NCBI GenBank assembly: GCA_964535385.1
Contig: CAZHSY010000002.1
Coordinates: forward strand, 6,939-70,938
DNA: 64,000 bases
Reading direction: 5' to 3'
Origin: an uncultured Candidatus Saccharibacteria bacterium
GTDB lineage: Bacteria > Patescibacteriota > Saccharimonadia > CAILAD01 > GCA-016700035
Shown: piece after piece, positions 1 to 9,122 of the stretch
How the letters are laid out: each line of letters opens with the position of its first letter
Numbering within the stretch: position 1 is the first letter of the stretch
The notes under the pieces: model-generated
What the model was told of the DNA's origin: nothing
Databases searched by the model: none
The model's input: the letters and a program-made list of their open reading frames with translations, nothing else
Made by a program: the position numbers and the translations under genes

Positions 1-7
1 ACAAAAT

Positions 8-1225
8 ATGAAAAAACCAACTGGCAAGGACCAAATCAATACCCCACCAGCTTCGAAGGTCGAACCTGCTTCAAATACGCTGCTGGCTCCAGTCCCCAAG
101 CACCGGCCAGAAGTTGATATGGCTGAGTCGCATAGACCACAACCTCTACGCAAATTCTGGAAACGCCATAAAAAAGGCATCATCACTGGAAGCCTTGCTG
201 GCCTTGCCGTACTCACCATTGGCGGCGTCTATCTCGTACGCGCCATGAATAAGCCAGAGCCACTCGCCGTTGTCGCACCCGCCACCTCCTCGCCAACTCC
301 TGAACCAACCCTAACCACCAAGCCAAGTCGCTTAACTGGCGTATTTGTAGATCCCGACAAAGCTGATCTTCCTATCATGGCCAGCATTGTCGAAAACCTC
401 GGTGGTACCGGCGGCGCTCGACCACAATCGGGACTCTCAAGTGCCGGCGTCGTCTACGAAGCCCTAGCTGAGGGTGGCATTACCCGCTACCTAGCCCTCT
501 GGCAATCAGATATTCCAGCCGACATCGGTCCAGTTCGGAGTCTGCGCCCTGTATTCTTCGATACGGCCATGGAATATAGCACACCGGTCGCACATGCCGG
601 TGGTAGCACTGACGCCCTAGATAGTGTTCGAACCGATAAGGCCTTCAAGGATCTCGATCAGTTTTACAACGGCAACTCATTCCGTCGTATTACCAGCCGC
701 TATGCCCCACACAATCTCTATATATATGGTCCCAAGCTAGTCGAGCTCGTAGCTGCTAAGGGCTGGGGTACTACACCCACCTTCACGGCTTGGCCACGGA
801 AGGATGATGCGCCAGCTGCCACGCTAACTGCCACGAAAATTACAGCCAACTTCTCGAGCTCCATGTATACCGCCACCTTCGCGTATGATACAGCCAGTAA
901 TAGTTACATTCGCTCTATCGGCGACCAAGTCGACATCGATGCCGGTAATAGCAACCAAGCCGTCAAGCCAAAAGTCGTCATTGCCGTCTACGCACCGACC
1001 CAAGCTGGGGTTCAGCCCAATGGCAAGCCCAAGACCGATATCGATATCCTCGGGAGCGGCAAAGGTACGATCTTCCAGGACGGTACCGCTGTCGACGTTA
1101 CTTGGAATAAAACCAGCTCCACGGCTCGCATGACCTTCAAAGATGCCAGTGGCAATGAGGTTAAACTCAATCGTGGCCAGACCTGGGTCAGCATCCTGCC
1201 AACTGACCGACCAGTCACGTACTAA
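8..1225 (+). CDS. DUF3048-like (YerB-family) secreted/membrane protein
   Basis: 405-aa ORF with an N-terminal TM segment; the motif ARPQSGLSSAGVVYEALAEGGITRYLALW resembles the conserved core of DUF3048 as I recall it. Confidence 0.5.
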   Translation: MKKPTGKDQINTPPASKVEPASNTLLAPVPKHRPEVDMAESHRPQPLRKFWKRHKKGIITGSLAGLAVLTIGGVYLVRAMNKPEPLAVVAPATSSPTPEPTLTTKPSRLTGVFVDPDKADLPIMASIVENLGGTGGARPQSGLSSAGVVYEALAEGGITRYLALWQSDIPADIGPVRSLRPVFFDTAMEYSTPVAHAGGSTDALDSVRTDKAFKDLDQFYNGNSFRRITSRYAPHNLYIYGPKLVELVAAKGWGTTPTFTAWPRKDDAPAATLTATKITANFSSSMYTATFAYDTASNSYIRSIGDQVDIDAGNSNQAVKPKVVIAVYAPTQAGVQPNGKPKTDIDILGSGKGTIFQDGTAVDVTWNKTSSTARMTFKDASGNEVKLNRGQTWVSILPTDRPVTY

Positions 1226-1228
1226 TAC

Positions 1229-1257
1229 TTGATTTTTTAGCTTTTTTATGGTAATAT
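1229..1257 (+). promoter_or_regulatory. sigma70-like promoter TTGATT-17-TAATAT
   Basis: TTGATT at 1229-1234, 17-nt spacer, TAATAT at 1252-1257; AGAAGGAG RBS lies 7 nt before the ATG at 1324. Confidence 0.5.
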
Positions 1258-1323
1258 ATAAAAATCACTAAGACAGTGATCGAGGGCGTGCCCCTCGCCG
1301 TTCCTACCAGAAGGAGTGGCTCA

Positions 1324-1734
1324 ATGCCCCTCATCCAGATCACCGCTCAGCCCGACTACTACCCCTCCGACGACCTCTCGGTCGTGAATTCTCCCCATCA
1401 GGAGATGGTTGCTGGCTTCGGCAACTCGCTTCCCGCACTGCTCGTGGCCAAGATCGATGACCTCCACATGGACGCCGACACCCCTGAGGCCGGCGTGCAG
1501 GTCACCTTCCACAAGTTCCACTCGCGGGACGTCAACGCTCCCGACCTGTGGATCCTCATCGAGTTCAGCGAAGACGGCCTGGACGAAGTCCAGCAGACCG
1601 AGGCGACCGCCAAGGTCAAGCAGATGCTGCTCGACTGGTGGGGTGACGACCTTCCCGCCAACTACGCCTGCGACATCCACTGGAGCCCGTCCCACGGCTT
1701 CCTCCGGATCGGAGGCATCGTCGCCGACTGGTAA
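1324..1734 (+). CDS. high-GC (about 62%) small protein, possible tautomerase-superfamily member
   Basis: ORF in the 1276..1734 frame, most likely starting at ATG 1324 after a strong SD; the protein begins MPLIQI (Pro1 after Met removal) and has a C-terminal HGFLRIGG resembling the 4-OT HFGIGG; GC is far above neighbouring DNA. Confidence 0.45.
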   Translation: MPLIQITAQPDYYPSDDLSVVNSPHQEMVAGFGNSLPALLVAKIDDLHMDADTPEAGVQVTFHKFHSRDVNAPDLWILIEFSEDGLDEVQQTEATAKVKQMLLDWWGDDLPANYACDIHWSPSHGFLRIGGIVADW

Positions 1735-1746
1735 CACTGTCCTCAC

Positions 1747-1800
1747 GGGCACCCCGCACATACATTGTGCGGGGTGCCCCTCTAAGGGCTCTTTTTATTT
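1747..1800 (+). terminator. rho-independent terminator
   Basis: 14-bp GC-rich stem gggcaccccgcaca/tgtgcggggtgccc followed by a ctttttattt run. Confidence 0.7.
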
Positions 1801-1813
1801 ACCTAAAACATTG

Positions 1814-1846
1814 CAGGCCAGGCCTTGTAAACCAAGGCCTGGCCTG
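1814..1846. repeat. REP-like palindrome caggccaggccttg-taaa-ccaaggcctggcctg
   Basis: perfect 14-15 bp inverted repeat; the same palindrome recurs at 40285, 41479 and 63491. Confidence 0.8.
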
Positions 1847-1940
1847 CCTCAAAAACCAGCGCTCTAAACCAAGGCCTGGCCTGCCTCAAAAACCAGCGCT
1901 CTAAACCAAGGCCTGGCCTGCCTCAAAAACCAGCGCTCGA
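1830..1940. repeat. tandem repeat, 3 x 37 bp (aaccaaggcctggcctgcctcaaaaaccagcgctcta)
   Basis: three contiguous near-identical 37-bp units at 1830-1866, 1867-1903 and 1904-1940; each contains the right arm of the palindrome; there are no spacers, so this is not CRISPR. Confidence 0.85.
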
Positions 1941-2098
1941 CCACTCCCACAATGTGCCCGCTTGTCTCTCGGTGATGCCGGTAAGTATTTCTCGTCTTAG
2001 GAGCGGAGTAAAACGTATATATAATTACGGTGTCGAGCACCGCAGACGAAAATACTTACCCAGCGCGCTGAGGACAAGTGGCCTTCAGGGCTCGCTGG
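1904..2098. repeat. dispersed intergenic element copy E1 (hairpin tail + GGTGATGCNGGTAAGTA + GCGTATATATAATTACGGTG core)
   Basis: shares an ordered series of motifs with copies at 23388, 33195, 34650, 41479, 56760 and a partial copy at 26675, all in the same orientation. Confidence 0.6.
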
Positions 2099-3505
2099 CT
2101 ACTTTATCTGAGACAAGGTCTCAGATAAGCCTTGCTGATAGGTCACGACCGCAACCTGCTCTTCTTTTAGAATCTGTAACTGCTTTTCAAGATCCTTGAG
2201 CGACGCCGCATATGAGCTGGCAGAACTATTATCCACCTCGTGATAGACCAGAATCAGCCATAGCTTGTGGTCTCGCGCAAAGCGTACAGCCGTCGCAACT
2301 TCTTCGGGTTTAGTATCGACTTCAATATTCATAACCTTGAGGTTATAGCGGTCATAGTCGGCGGTATTAAAACCAGTGTCTGTCGTACGCATGCTCTGGT
2401 AGCACTGCTTGATCTTGGCGCGAGAAAGATTATTTGTCCGACCATACGGAGCGGCAAAGTTATTAGTCTCGAAACCGTAGTAATCATTCAGTACCGCGTG
2501 ACTCTCGGCTAGTGTCTTCGTGATAGCCACACTACCAAGTCGCGAAAGATCCTCGTGATGGGCTGTGTGCGAACCAATTTCATGGCCTTTCGCCGAAAAT
2601 TCTTTTAGCATTTTAGACGTCATGTAGGAATTATCACCAACCACGCCACTAATCACGAACTGGGTCGTCTTGATGTCATACTTATCAAACAGTGGCATGC
2701 CGTTCTCGTATATCGAGCGCCAACCGTCATCGAACGTTAAGCTCACCAAGCCACGTTTGAATTGTGGTAAAGGCTGCTTTACGAGCTTATAGTCATCCGT
2801 CTGCAAAGTACCGACGCCATCGAGTACGTGAGCCAGCTGAATCTTCTCGGTGAAAGCCGGTACTACGTATGAGCTTCGAAAAGTTTTCCAGGTTCCACCA
2901 GTCGATTCCAAGCTACCGAGCGTTACATAATAGTGACTACCATCTTGTTGAGTAATATCAACGATTACATTACTGGCTGCATCACTCTTATAATAGTCTT
3001 CAAAGCGAAGGTACTCACCTGGCGCTACAGCAATCGGCTCCGATACCCACTTGGCATCGCCATCATCACGGCTAGTCACGGTAACTTTGAGTGAGCCCTG
3101 GTCGGTCCGACCGTCACGATCCACCGTGGTAGCCGCTGCAATACGACCATACTGATTAGATCGCCAGCCCGCTGGCAATCCCTGTGCATCGAGGACAGTA
3201 AAGGACGCGTTTGCTAAGAGATTAGTACCCGTCACTGGTACGGCACTAGGATCTCGATATGGTAGTGTCGTCCATAGCGAATCGGTCATTGGGTTGCCAT
3301 AGGTTAATTGATCATACGAGCCATCCTGTAGCGTACACTCCGCCGAAGCCGTAATCCTGGCCAGTTTCGACTGACTAGAAGTCGTAGCTGCAACCCTGTT
3401 GTAACCAGCTTCGAGGAGCGGAAAGATATGGTAACCCAAGAATAGCAAAGCTAGAGCATACATCAGTATGTTTCCCGCTTTGCTTCCGAATTTCTGTATT
3501 TTCAC
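2099..3505 (-). CDS. polysaccharide deacetylase (NodB homology domain) with N-terminal membrane anchor
   Basis: NodB motifs TFDDG, HTAHHEDL and AAPYG; signal anchor plus beta-sandwich domain N-terminal to the catalytic domain. Confidence 0.8.
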   Translation of the reverse strand: MKIQKFGSKAGNILMYALALLFLGYHIFPLLEAGYNRVAATTSSQSKLARITASAECTLQDGSYDQLTYGNPMTDSLWTTLPYRDPSAVPVTGTNLLANASFTVLDAQGLPAGWRSNQYGRIAAATTVDRDGRTDQGSLKVTVTSRDDGDAKWVSEPIAVAPGEYLRFEDYYKSDAASNVIVDITQQDGSHYYVTLGSLESTGGTWKTFRSSYVVPAFTEKIQLAHVLDGVGTLQTDDYKLVKQPLPQFKRGLVSLTFDDGWRSIYENGMPLFDKYDIKTTQFVISGVVGDNSYMTSKMLKEFSAKGHEIGSHTAHHEDLSRLGSVAITKTLAESHAVLNDYYGFETNNFAAPYGRTNNLSRAKIKQCYQSMRTTDTGFNTADYDRYNLKVMNIEVDTKPEEVATAVRFARDHKLWLILVYHEVDNSSASSYAASLKDLEKQLQILKEEQVAVVTYQQGLSETLSQIK

Positions 3506-4614
3506 TGAACGGCTCCTGGAGTAATCTTATACCGGCGACCACTGGTTGACCAACCAACTTGGTGGGTCCGAAAACGACGCAAGATTACAACTTCAATAAA
3601 AGCCTTGAGATACAGGACCATATTGGTAACCCGCAGGAGGTAAAACAATGGGAAGGCCGACATAACATCCGCACGGCGGTGGGCTGCTGCGCCAAAAACC
3701 GCTGTCGCGAAGAAGATGGCAAAGTCCACGAGGAACGTGATTGCTAGGGCTGATAGCGCCCCACCACGTAACATCATGAGTGGAAAGAGCACCAAGATAT
3801 TGATGTAGTAGGCAAACATTTCAAGAATTTGGTAGCTCAAGTAGAGGTCGATTCGCTGAAAACCAAAGCCAATCTTACGATCGATAACTCCCTGCCAAAA
3901 GCCACGATACCAACGTGAAACTTGTTTGACATAGTCATTGAAGTCTTTAGGATCTTGAGTGAGAGTCTTGGCGCTCGGAATAAAGACGATCTTACCCAGC
4001 TTCTTTCGGTGAATCTGCAGGGTGATGTCGAAATCCTCTGTGAGGTTGCTGGTCTTGAAGTCCAGCTCATGCAATATATCAGCCCGGAAACAGCTGGTTG
4101 GGCCAGGGATAACTGGAATTACTCCCAGAACGTGCTGTAACCGGCGGCTAATCTCCTGCCCGAAACTATATTCATACGCCCGGTATTTAGAAATCCAGTT
4201 ACTCTTCATAGACTTCACATAGCCAGTCGCAGCCACATACTTACTCGGATCGAGATACTTCATAAATTCTTCGAAATAATTATGCTCGAAGAAACAGTCG
4301 GCATCGGCGATATGCACCCATTCATAGTGTTTTGCAATCTCGAAATGGTTCACGGCTTGCAGAATTGCACCGGCCTTGCCAGAGCGCTCAACAGTAAGCA
4401 CGTTACGGTCGAAGATGATTTCACGCGCCAGATTAGCTGTACCATCATCTGAGTTATCGTCAACTACATAAATATCGGCCATTGGCTGACCTGCAGCCAG
4501 GGCGGAACGAATCGTGTCCTGGATCACCAAAGCCTCATTGTGGCCTGGTATAATCAGGGCTAGCTTGCGCTTCGACTCAGCTTTTATAGGTTTTGGCATA
4601 ACATTTGGTGACAT
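3502..4614 (-). CDS. processive family-2 glycosyltransferase (PgaC/IcaA/cellulose-synthase-like)
   Basis: DDNSDDGT, DADCFF (DxD) and QVSRW (QxxRW) motifs; C-terminal TM helices; 4-bp overlap with the downstream deacetylase indicates an operon. Confidence 0.8.
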   Translation of the reverse strand: MSPNVMPKPIKAESKRKLALIIPGHNEALVIQDTIRSALAAGQPMADIYVVDDNSDDGTANLAREIIFDRNVLTVERSGKAGAILQAVNHFEIAKHYEWVHIADADCFFEHNYFEEFMKYLDPSKYVAATGYVKSMKSNWISKYRAYEYSFGQEISRRLQHVLGVIPVIPGPTSCFRADILHELDFKTSNLTEDFDITLQIHRKKLGKIVFIPSAKTLTQDPKDFNDYVKQVSRWYRGFWQGVIDRKIGFGFQRIDLYLSYQILEMFAYYINILVLFPLMMLRGGALSALAITFLVDFAIFFATAVFGAAAHRRADVMSAFPLFYLLRVTNMVLYLKAFIEVVILRRFRTHQVGWSTSGRRYKITPGAVQ

Positions 4615-4651
4615 AATTTATCAGACTCGTCAATACTTTTTAACGGGATGT

Positions 4652-4680
4652 ATAATACCAAAAATAAGTCATTTTGTCAA
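4652..4680 (-). promoter_or_regulatory. sigma70-like promoter TTGACA-17-TATTAT for the GT2-deacetylase operon
   Basis: on the minus strand, TTGACA (rc of 4675-4680), 17-nt spacer, TATTAT (rc of 4652-4657), about 40 nt upstream of the start at 4614; an extended -10 TGTATAAT on the plus strand (4649-4656) suggests a divergent promoter. Confidence 0.5.
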
Positions 4681-4933
4681 TAGTAAGCCCTGATTGGTCA
4701 CAATGCGACTTATTCCTGGTGCACTGACCGGCAAAGTCACTCTCCTATGAAATTTCACCATACTTCATGCACGCCTCGCTTTCATGCAGGGCTAGCGCTT
4801 TGGTCGGCATTATCAGGAAGTAACCCGATACTAGGTGAAAGCACGAGAGCACCAGGAAAGATGTCGTCTTGATCCGTCGCCTGACGGACGGAATGATGAA
4901 AGCCCCTTATAAAAACCCGGTATAATAAAACTT

Positions 4934-6283
4934 ATGCTTCGGTCAACACAGCGCCGCCACCCTACTGGGTTCACTTTAATTGAATCTCTTATTGGCATGG
5001 TCATTATGACCATTCTCCTGGTGGCACTCTTTACGATCATTACGACCAACCTAGCCCATCTCTTCCAAAGTAAGGCCCGTTCTATCGCTCTGCAGGTAGC
5101 TCAGGAAAAGCTCGAGAACCTCAAGAATATGCCCTACGACGCCTTGGCCACCAAGGCGGGCACGATCTACCCACCAGGTAATATCGATGATAATGAAACT
5201 TTAACCCGCAATAACCTGCGCTTCAAAATCCATACCGATATTCGCTATGTCGACAACCCCTATGACGGACTCTCATCTGGTGGCTCGTCGATCGACCTCT
5301 ACCCCTACGATTATAAAAAGGCCACCATCCAGATCTATACCGCCAATGGCGCCCAGAAGCTAGCCGAAATCTCGACCGACATTGCCGCCAAGGCCGCCGA
5401 AACCACCGGTAATACCGGTGTCCTGATTATTCGCGTTATTAACGCCGCTGGTAATCCTGTTGAGGGGGCGACCGTTCAGGTGATCAATCTCAATCCGAAC
5501 CCCGATGTCAGTATCCAGACTCAAACTGACGTCCAGGGGCAGGTCATCATTCCTAAGATGCCACCAGATAATAGTAATGGTTACCATGTAGTGATTAGTA
5601 AGGGCGGTTACAGTTCTGAGCAGACCTATCCGGCCAGCCAGACTAATCCTAGCCCGACTAACCCTGACTTTGGCCTGATCGCTCAGCAAACCACCATCAA
5701 GACCTTCACCATAGATAGCTTGGCGAACCTCAGCCTGACGATCAAGGATCAGAACGGAAACCCAATCACCAATCGCAGCTTAACAGTGCGGGGTACGAAA
5801 ACCATCTTCTCAACTCCACTCACCTATAAGTATTCGCAGAATATCACCACTGATGGCTCGGGAGTTGCCCAGCTCAATCTCATAGAATGGGACAGCTATG
5901 ATCTGGCAATCAGTGGCTACACCATCCTCTCCAGCTCCCCTTTGCGGCCAATCGCGGTAGCGCCCAACAGCTTCACCAACGCCACTCTGTACGTGGCGAC
6001 GAGCCCAACCAGCTACCCAATTATTAGTAGTGTCAGCCCTGATACTACACCGACTGGCAGTACCATCATCGATATCGTCGGCAGCAATCTCCAAGCTGGC
6101 TCGAGCTTCTATCTCAAGCAGTCCGGCCAATCGAACCGCATCGCTACCGGCATCACCTACACCACTCCCGGTACTCTGTCCGGTACCATCGACTTAAGTG
6201 GCGCCACCGGAAACTGGGATCTAGTCGTCACAACTGGCGGTCGCTCGACGACCCAAGAAAAAGCCGTGGAGATCTCACCATGA
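4934..6283 (+). CDS. prepilin-type N-terminal cleavage/methylation domain protein (large pseudopilin with Ig-like/CarboxypepD_reg-like repeats)
   Basis: class III signal MLRSTQRRHPTG|FTLIES (G-1, E+5) followed by a hydrophobic helix; TATAAT lies 7 nt before the ATG (possibly leaderless). Confidence 0.6.
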   Translation: MLRSTQRRHPTGFTLIESLIGMVIMTILLVALFTIITTNLAHLFQSKARSIALQVAQEKLENLKNMPYDALATKAGTIYPPGNIDDNETLTRNNLRFKIHTDIRYVDNPYDGLSSGGSSIDLYPYDYKKATIQIYTANGAQKLAEISTDIAAKAAETTGNTGVLIIRVINAAGNPVEGATVQVINLNPNPDVSIQTQTDVQGQVIIPKMPPDNSNGYHVVISKGGYSSEQTYPASQTNPSPTNPDFGLIAQQTTIKTFTIDSLANLSLTIKDQNGNPITNRSLTVRGTKTIFSTPLTYKYSQNITTDGSGVAQLNLIEWDSYDLAISGYTILSSSPLRPIAVAPNSFTNATLYVATSPTSYPIISSVSPDTTPTGSTIIDIVGSNLQAGSSFYLKQSGQSNRIATGITYTTPGTLSGTIDLSGATGNWDLVVTTGGRSTTQEKAVEISP

Positions 6284-6873
6284 AGCGAATCAGGCCACAG
6301 CTACGTCGCGGCGTGACGCTTATCGAGCTCTTGATCGTACTGCCCATCATCGTAGTGGCTGGCTTCGTCATTACTCAGATCATGTTCCAATCTTGGCAAG
6401 CCTATCAATATAGCCTAGCCCAAGCTCAAGCCAGCGACACCTTCGTACGTACCCTGGATCGCATGAGCCGAGTAATTCGCTCCAGCAGCAAGGTCATCAG
6501 CGCCAGCAATAACGACCTTACACTCGAGACCTACTACTCGCCACGCGATGCCAGCCCCGATCGCACTCGCTACTATCTCTCGAGTAGCCAGGTGAAAGCC
6601 GATGTCATACCAGCCAGTGGAACAGCGCCAAACTACACCTACCCGGCTGGAAACTCCAAGACCTACAATATATCTCAAGCCCTTAATACGGCCAGCCAGC
6701 CAGTCTTCCGCTACTACGACGAGAATGGCACGCTCCTGACCTCACCCTACGACGTAAATGCTATCCGCAAGGTCGAGATCACTCTGACGATTAACCCGCA
6801 GCCGAAATTCATGAAAATTAACCAAACCTCATCAACCCAAGTGCAGCTTCGTAATATGAAAACAAATCTATGA
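6280..6873 (+). CDS. prepilin-type minor pilin
   Basis: MKRIRPQLRRG|VTLIELLIV class III signal; ATGA overlap with the upstream gene. Confidence 0.55.
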   Translation: MKRIRPQLRRGVTLIELLIVLPIIVVAGFVITQIMFQSWQAYQYSLAQAQASDTFVRTLDRMSRVIRSSSKVISASNNDLTLETYYSPRDASPDRTRYYLSSSQVKADVIPASGTAPNYTYPAGNSKTYNISQALNTASQPVFRYYDENGTLLTSPYDVNAIRKVEITLTINPQPKFMKINQTSSTQVQLRNMKTNL

Positions 6874-8288
6874 AAACCCCTACCAAAAAACACCCTACTG
6901 GCATCACCTTCGTGCAGGTCATCATTACCGGCACTGTACTCCTAGCCCTCTGCGTTTCTGTGGCGGCGATTGTCTTCAATACCCTACGATTCGCCACTCG
7001 CTCACAGCGTGCCGTCAGTGCTACATATATCGCCGAGGCCGGCATCAATTACTATCTCTGGCATCTCAGCCACAACGTCAATGACTACTGCGACGGCAAG
7101 GTTTGCGGCACTCTCGGAGCCGATGGCTACGGACCCTTCACCTATGACTTCAAAACTCCCGATGGCCGCAAGCAAGGCACCTACTCAATCTATGTAAAGC
7201 CACCCAGCGGCGCAAGCGCGTCAGTGACTGTAAAATCCGTCGGCAGTGCCATTGGTGCGACTGCTAAACGAACTTTGCAAGCCTCGATCGCCATCCCCTC
7301 CTTTGCCCAGTATGCCATCCTGACAAATACCGAGATCTGGATTGGTCCAAACGAAACAGTCGATGGCGCTCTACATAGTAATAGTGGCATTCACTTTGAT
7401 GGCACCGGCAATGATGTCATCTCTTCAGCTCAATCGACCTACCGGCCAAGCGCACAGTTTGGCGGCAACGGCACCGTTAAGAACGGTGTCTGGGGTAATG
7501 GCGGCCCGCAAAGCCTATGGCGCTTCCCAGTAAATTCAGTTGACTTTCAGTCTGTCACGGCTGATTTGCAGAAGCTTAAAACCGACGCCCAGAGTGGTGG
7601 CAGATATCTAGCCCCGACCAGTGCTGGTAACCCCAGCTCCAAGCTCGGCTACTACCTAGAGTTGCGCGGTGATGGCGGCATTGATGTCTATAAAGTTACT
7701 CGCGAACAATGTACTTCTATCACTCGCACCTTAGTCCAGACCCTGTCACACCCAGCTAACAATATCCTCTATGTCGACGATAATGTCTGGATCCGCAGTA
7801 AGCCAAATGAAAAGATGCCAGGGCGCCTAACTATCGCCGCCGCCTACCTGCCAACCAACGCCTCTACATATAAGTCCATCACTATCATGGGCGACATTCT
7901 CTACCAATCCAAAGATGGCAGTTCGGCACTAGGACTGATTGCCCAACAAGATATCAAAGTCTCACAGCAGGCGCCAACTAATATTGAAATCGATGCCGCC
8001 ATGCTAGCACAACAAGGTCACGTCTGGTACAACAAAGACACTTTAGCTGGCACGGACTGTGATCGCAGTGTCAAAAACTCCATCACCGTCTATGGATCAA
8101 TCGCTACCAATCTCTACTGGACTTGGTCAATCGTTACTGGCAGCGCGCCGAATTACACCACGATTGACGGCTATAAAAGCACGACCAATGGCTACGATAA
8201 GAATCTACGCCTTACGCCGCCGCCATCCTTCCCGCTAACTGGATCTTTCTCCATCCTCAATTACCGTGAGATCTTAACGGTTCCATAA
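6870..8288 (+). CDS. pilin-like protein (prepilin-type N-terminus, large globular domain)
   Basis: KKHPTG|ITFVQVIITGTVLLAL N-terminus; ATGA overlap with the upstream gene; third gene of the operon. Confidence 0.5.
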   Translation: MKTPTKKHPTGITFVQVIITGTVLLALCVSVAAIVFNTLRFATRSQRAVSATYIAEAGINYYLWHLSHNVNDYCDGKVCGTLGADGYGPFTYDFKTPDGRKQGTYSIYVKPPSGASASVTVKSVGSAIGATAKRTLQASIAIPSFAQYAILTNTEIWIGPNETVDGALHSNSGIHFDGTGNDVISSAQSTYRPSAQFGGNGTVKNGVWGNGGPQSLWRFPVNSVDFQSVTADLQKLKTDAQSGGRYLAPTSAGNPSSKLGYYLELRGDGGIDVYKVTREQCTSITRTLVQTLSHPANNILYVDDNVWIRSKPNEKMPGRLTIAAAYLPTNASTYKSITIMGDILYQSKDGSSALGLIAQQDIKVSQQAPTNIEIDAAMLAQQGHVWYNKDTLAGTDCDRSVKNSITVYGSIATNLYWTWSIVTGSAPNYTTIDGYKSTTNGYDKNLRLTPPPSFPLTGSFSILNYREILTVP

Positions 8289-8306
8289 CGCTAGAATTTA
8301 GGAACT

Positions 8307-8395
8307 AGAATCGACCATAGACAGATCACTAATTCCCAACCTCATAAATACTAGACTCTAACTTCTAGCTGCTAGAGCGGCGACGGCCTTGAGCT
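8307..8395. repeat. second intergenic repeat family (TAGGAACTA..CCATAGACAG..CTAGCTGCTA)
   Basis: related copies at 13712-13795 and, more loosely, 52655-52740; rich in ctag/ttagaa. Confidence 0.4.
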
Positions 8396-8414
8396 GTTCG
8401 CCCCTCCAGACTTC

Positions 8415-8996
8415 CTACTTCCAGGAGGGGAAGAGCTTTTTGCGATAGATAAGGAAGGCTACAAGCGCACTACACAAGGTGAAGTAAATCGGAAAAAGTA
8501 TGGCTGCACTCCACTCCCAGATTGCAAACACACCAAACAATGAAGCGACTCCTTCGATAGCGAAGAAGAGTGGATCTTCACTTTTTGGCTCATGATAGGT
8601 TTTGACGAAAGTCGGAATATAGCCGACAACATCAGCCAGGATACCGAGCGCTATAGTGAGAAGACCATTCTTGGTGACGACATAAGCCACGAGTGCCAAG
8701 ATCCCGAGACCGAGACAATAAAGATCGAGTTTTGAAGTTCCCCCTATACCATACTTGAGCGACATACCAAGCAAATACGTGGCTCGGGCTAGGAAAATGA
8801 GAGCAAAGATCTGACCGGCAACATTATCTGAATGCAAAACCCCAAGGATACCGGCTAAACTAGCAAGCCAAACGATGAGACGGGTGACTCGATGTGGTTT
8901 AGCTGATAATCGGAGCATACTTTTAGTGTAGGAAATGGGTGAAATAAGCGAGAGTATGAGTGTACCGATGATCCAAAAGTTCATTTTGCTTTTCAT
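8415..8996 (-). CDS. multi-pass membrane protein, unknown function
   Basis: 193 aa, 5-6 hydrophobic helices. Confidence 0.4.
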   Translation of the reverse strand: MKSKMNFWIIGTLILSLISPISYTKSMLRLSAKPHRVTRLIVWLASLAGILGVLHSDNVAGQIFALIFLARATYLLGMSLKYGIGGTSKLDLYCLGLGILALVAYVVTKNGLLTIALGILADVVGYIPTFVKTYHEPKSEDPLFFAIEGVASLFGVFAIWEWSAAILFPIYFTLCSALVAFLIYRKKLFPSWK

Positions 8997-9122
8997 TAAA
9001 TTACAGTAAGTATAATATTACCGATATATTAGAGGATTACCATAATCCCGACTCGTGAGTATACCTTTACAGCATGTAAACTGAGTTCAGTTTGTGGCAA
9101 ACCAACAGTAGCTTGCGAGGTT

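Noticed and set aside
1321-1867. Overlapping antisense/alternate-frame ORFs (1321-1761 minus, 1398-1661 minus, 1409-1867 plus)
   Set aside because: These are typical long spurious frames generated by high-GC coding DNA. Only the frame with SD, promoter and terminator (1324-1734 plus) is supported.
1830-1940. Possible CRISPR array (three direct repeats)
   Set aside because: The 37-bp units are contiguous with no unique spacers, number only three, and consist of a palindrome arm plus tail. This is a tandem duplication of a REP-like element, not CRISPR.
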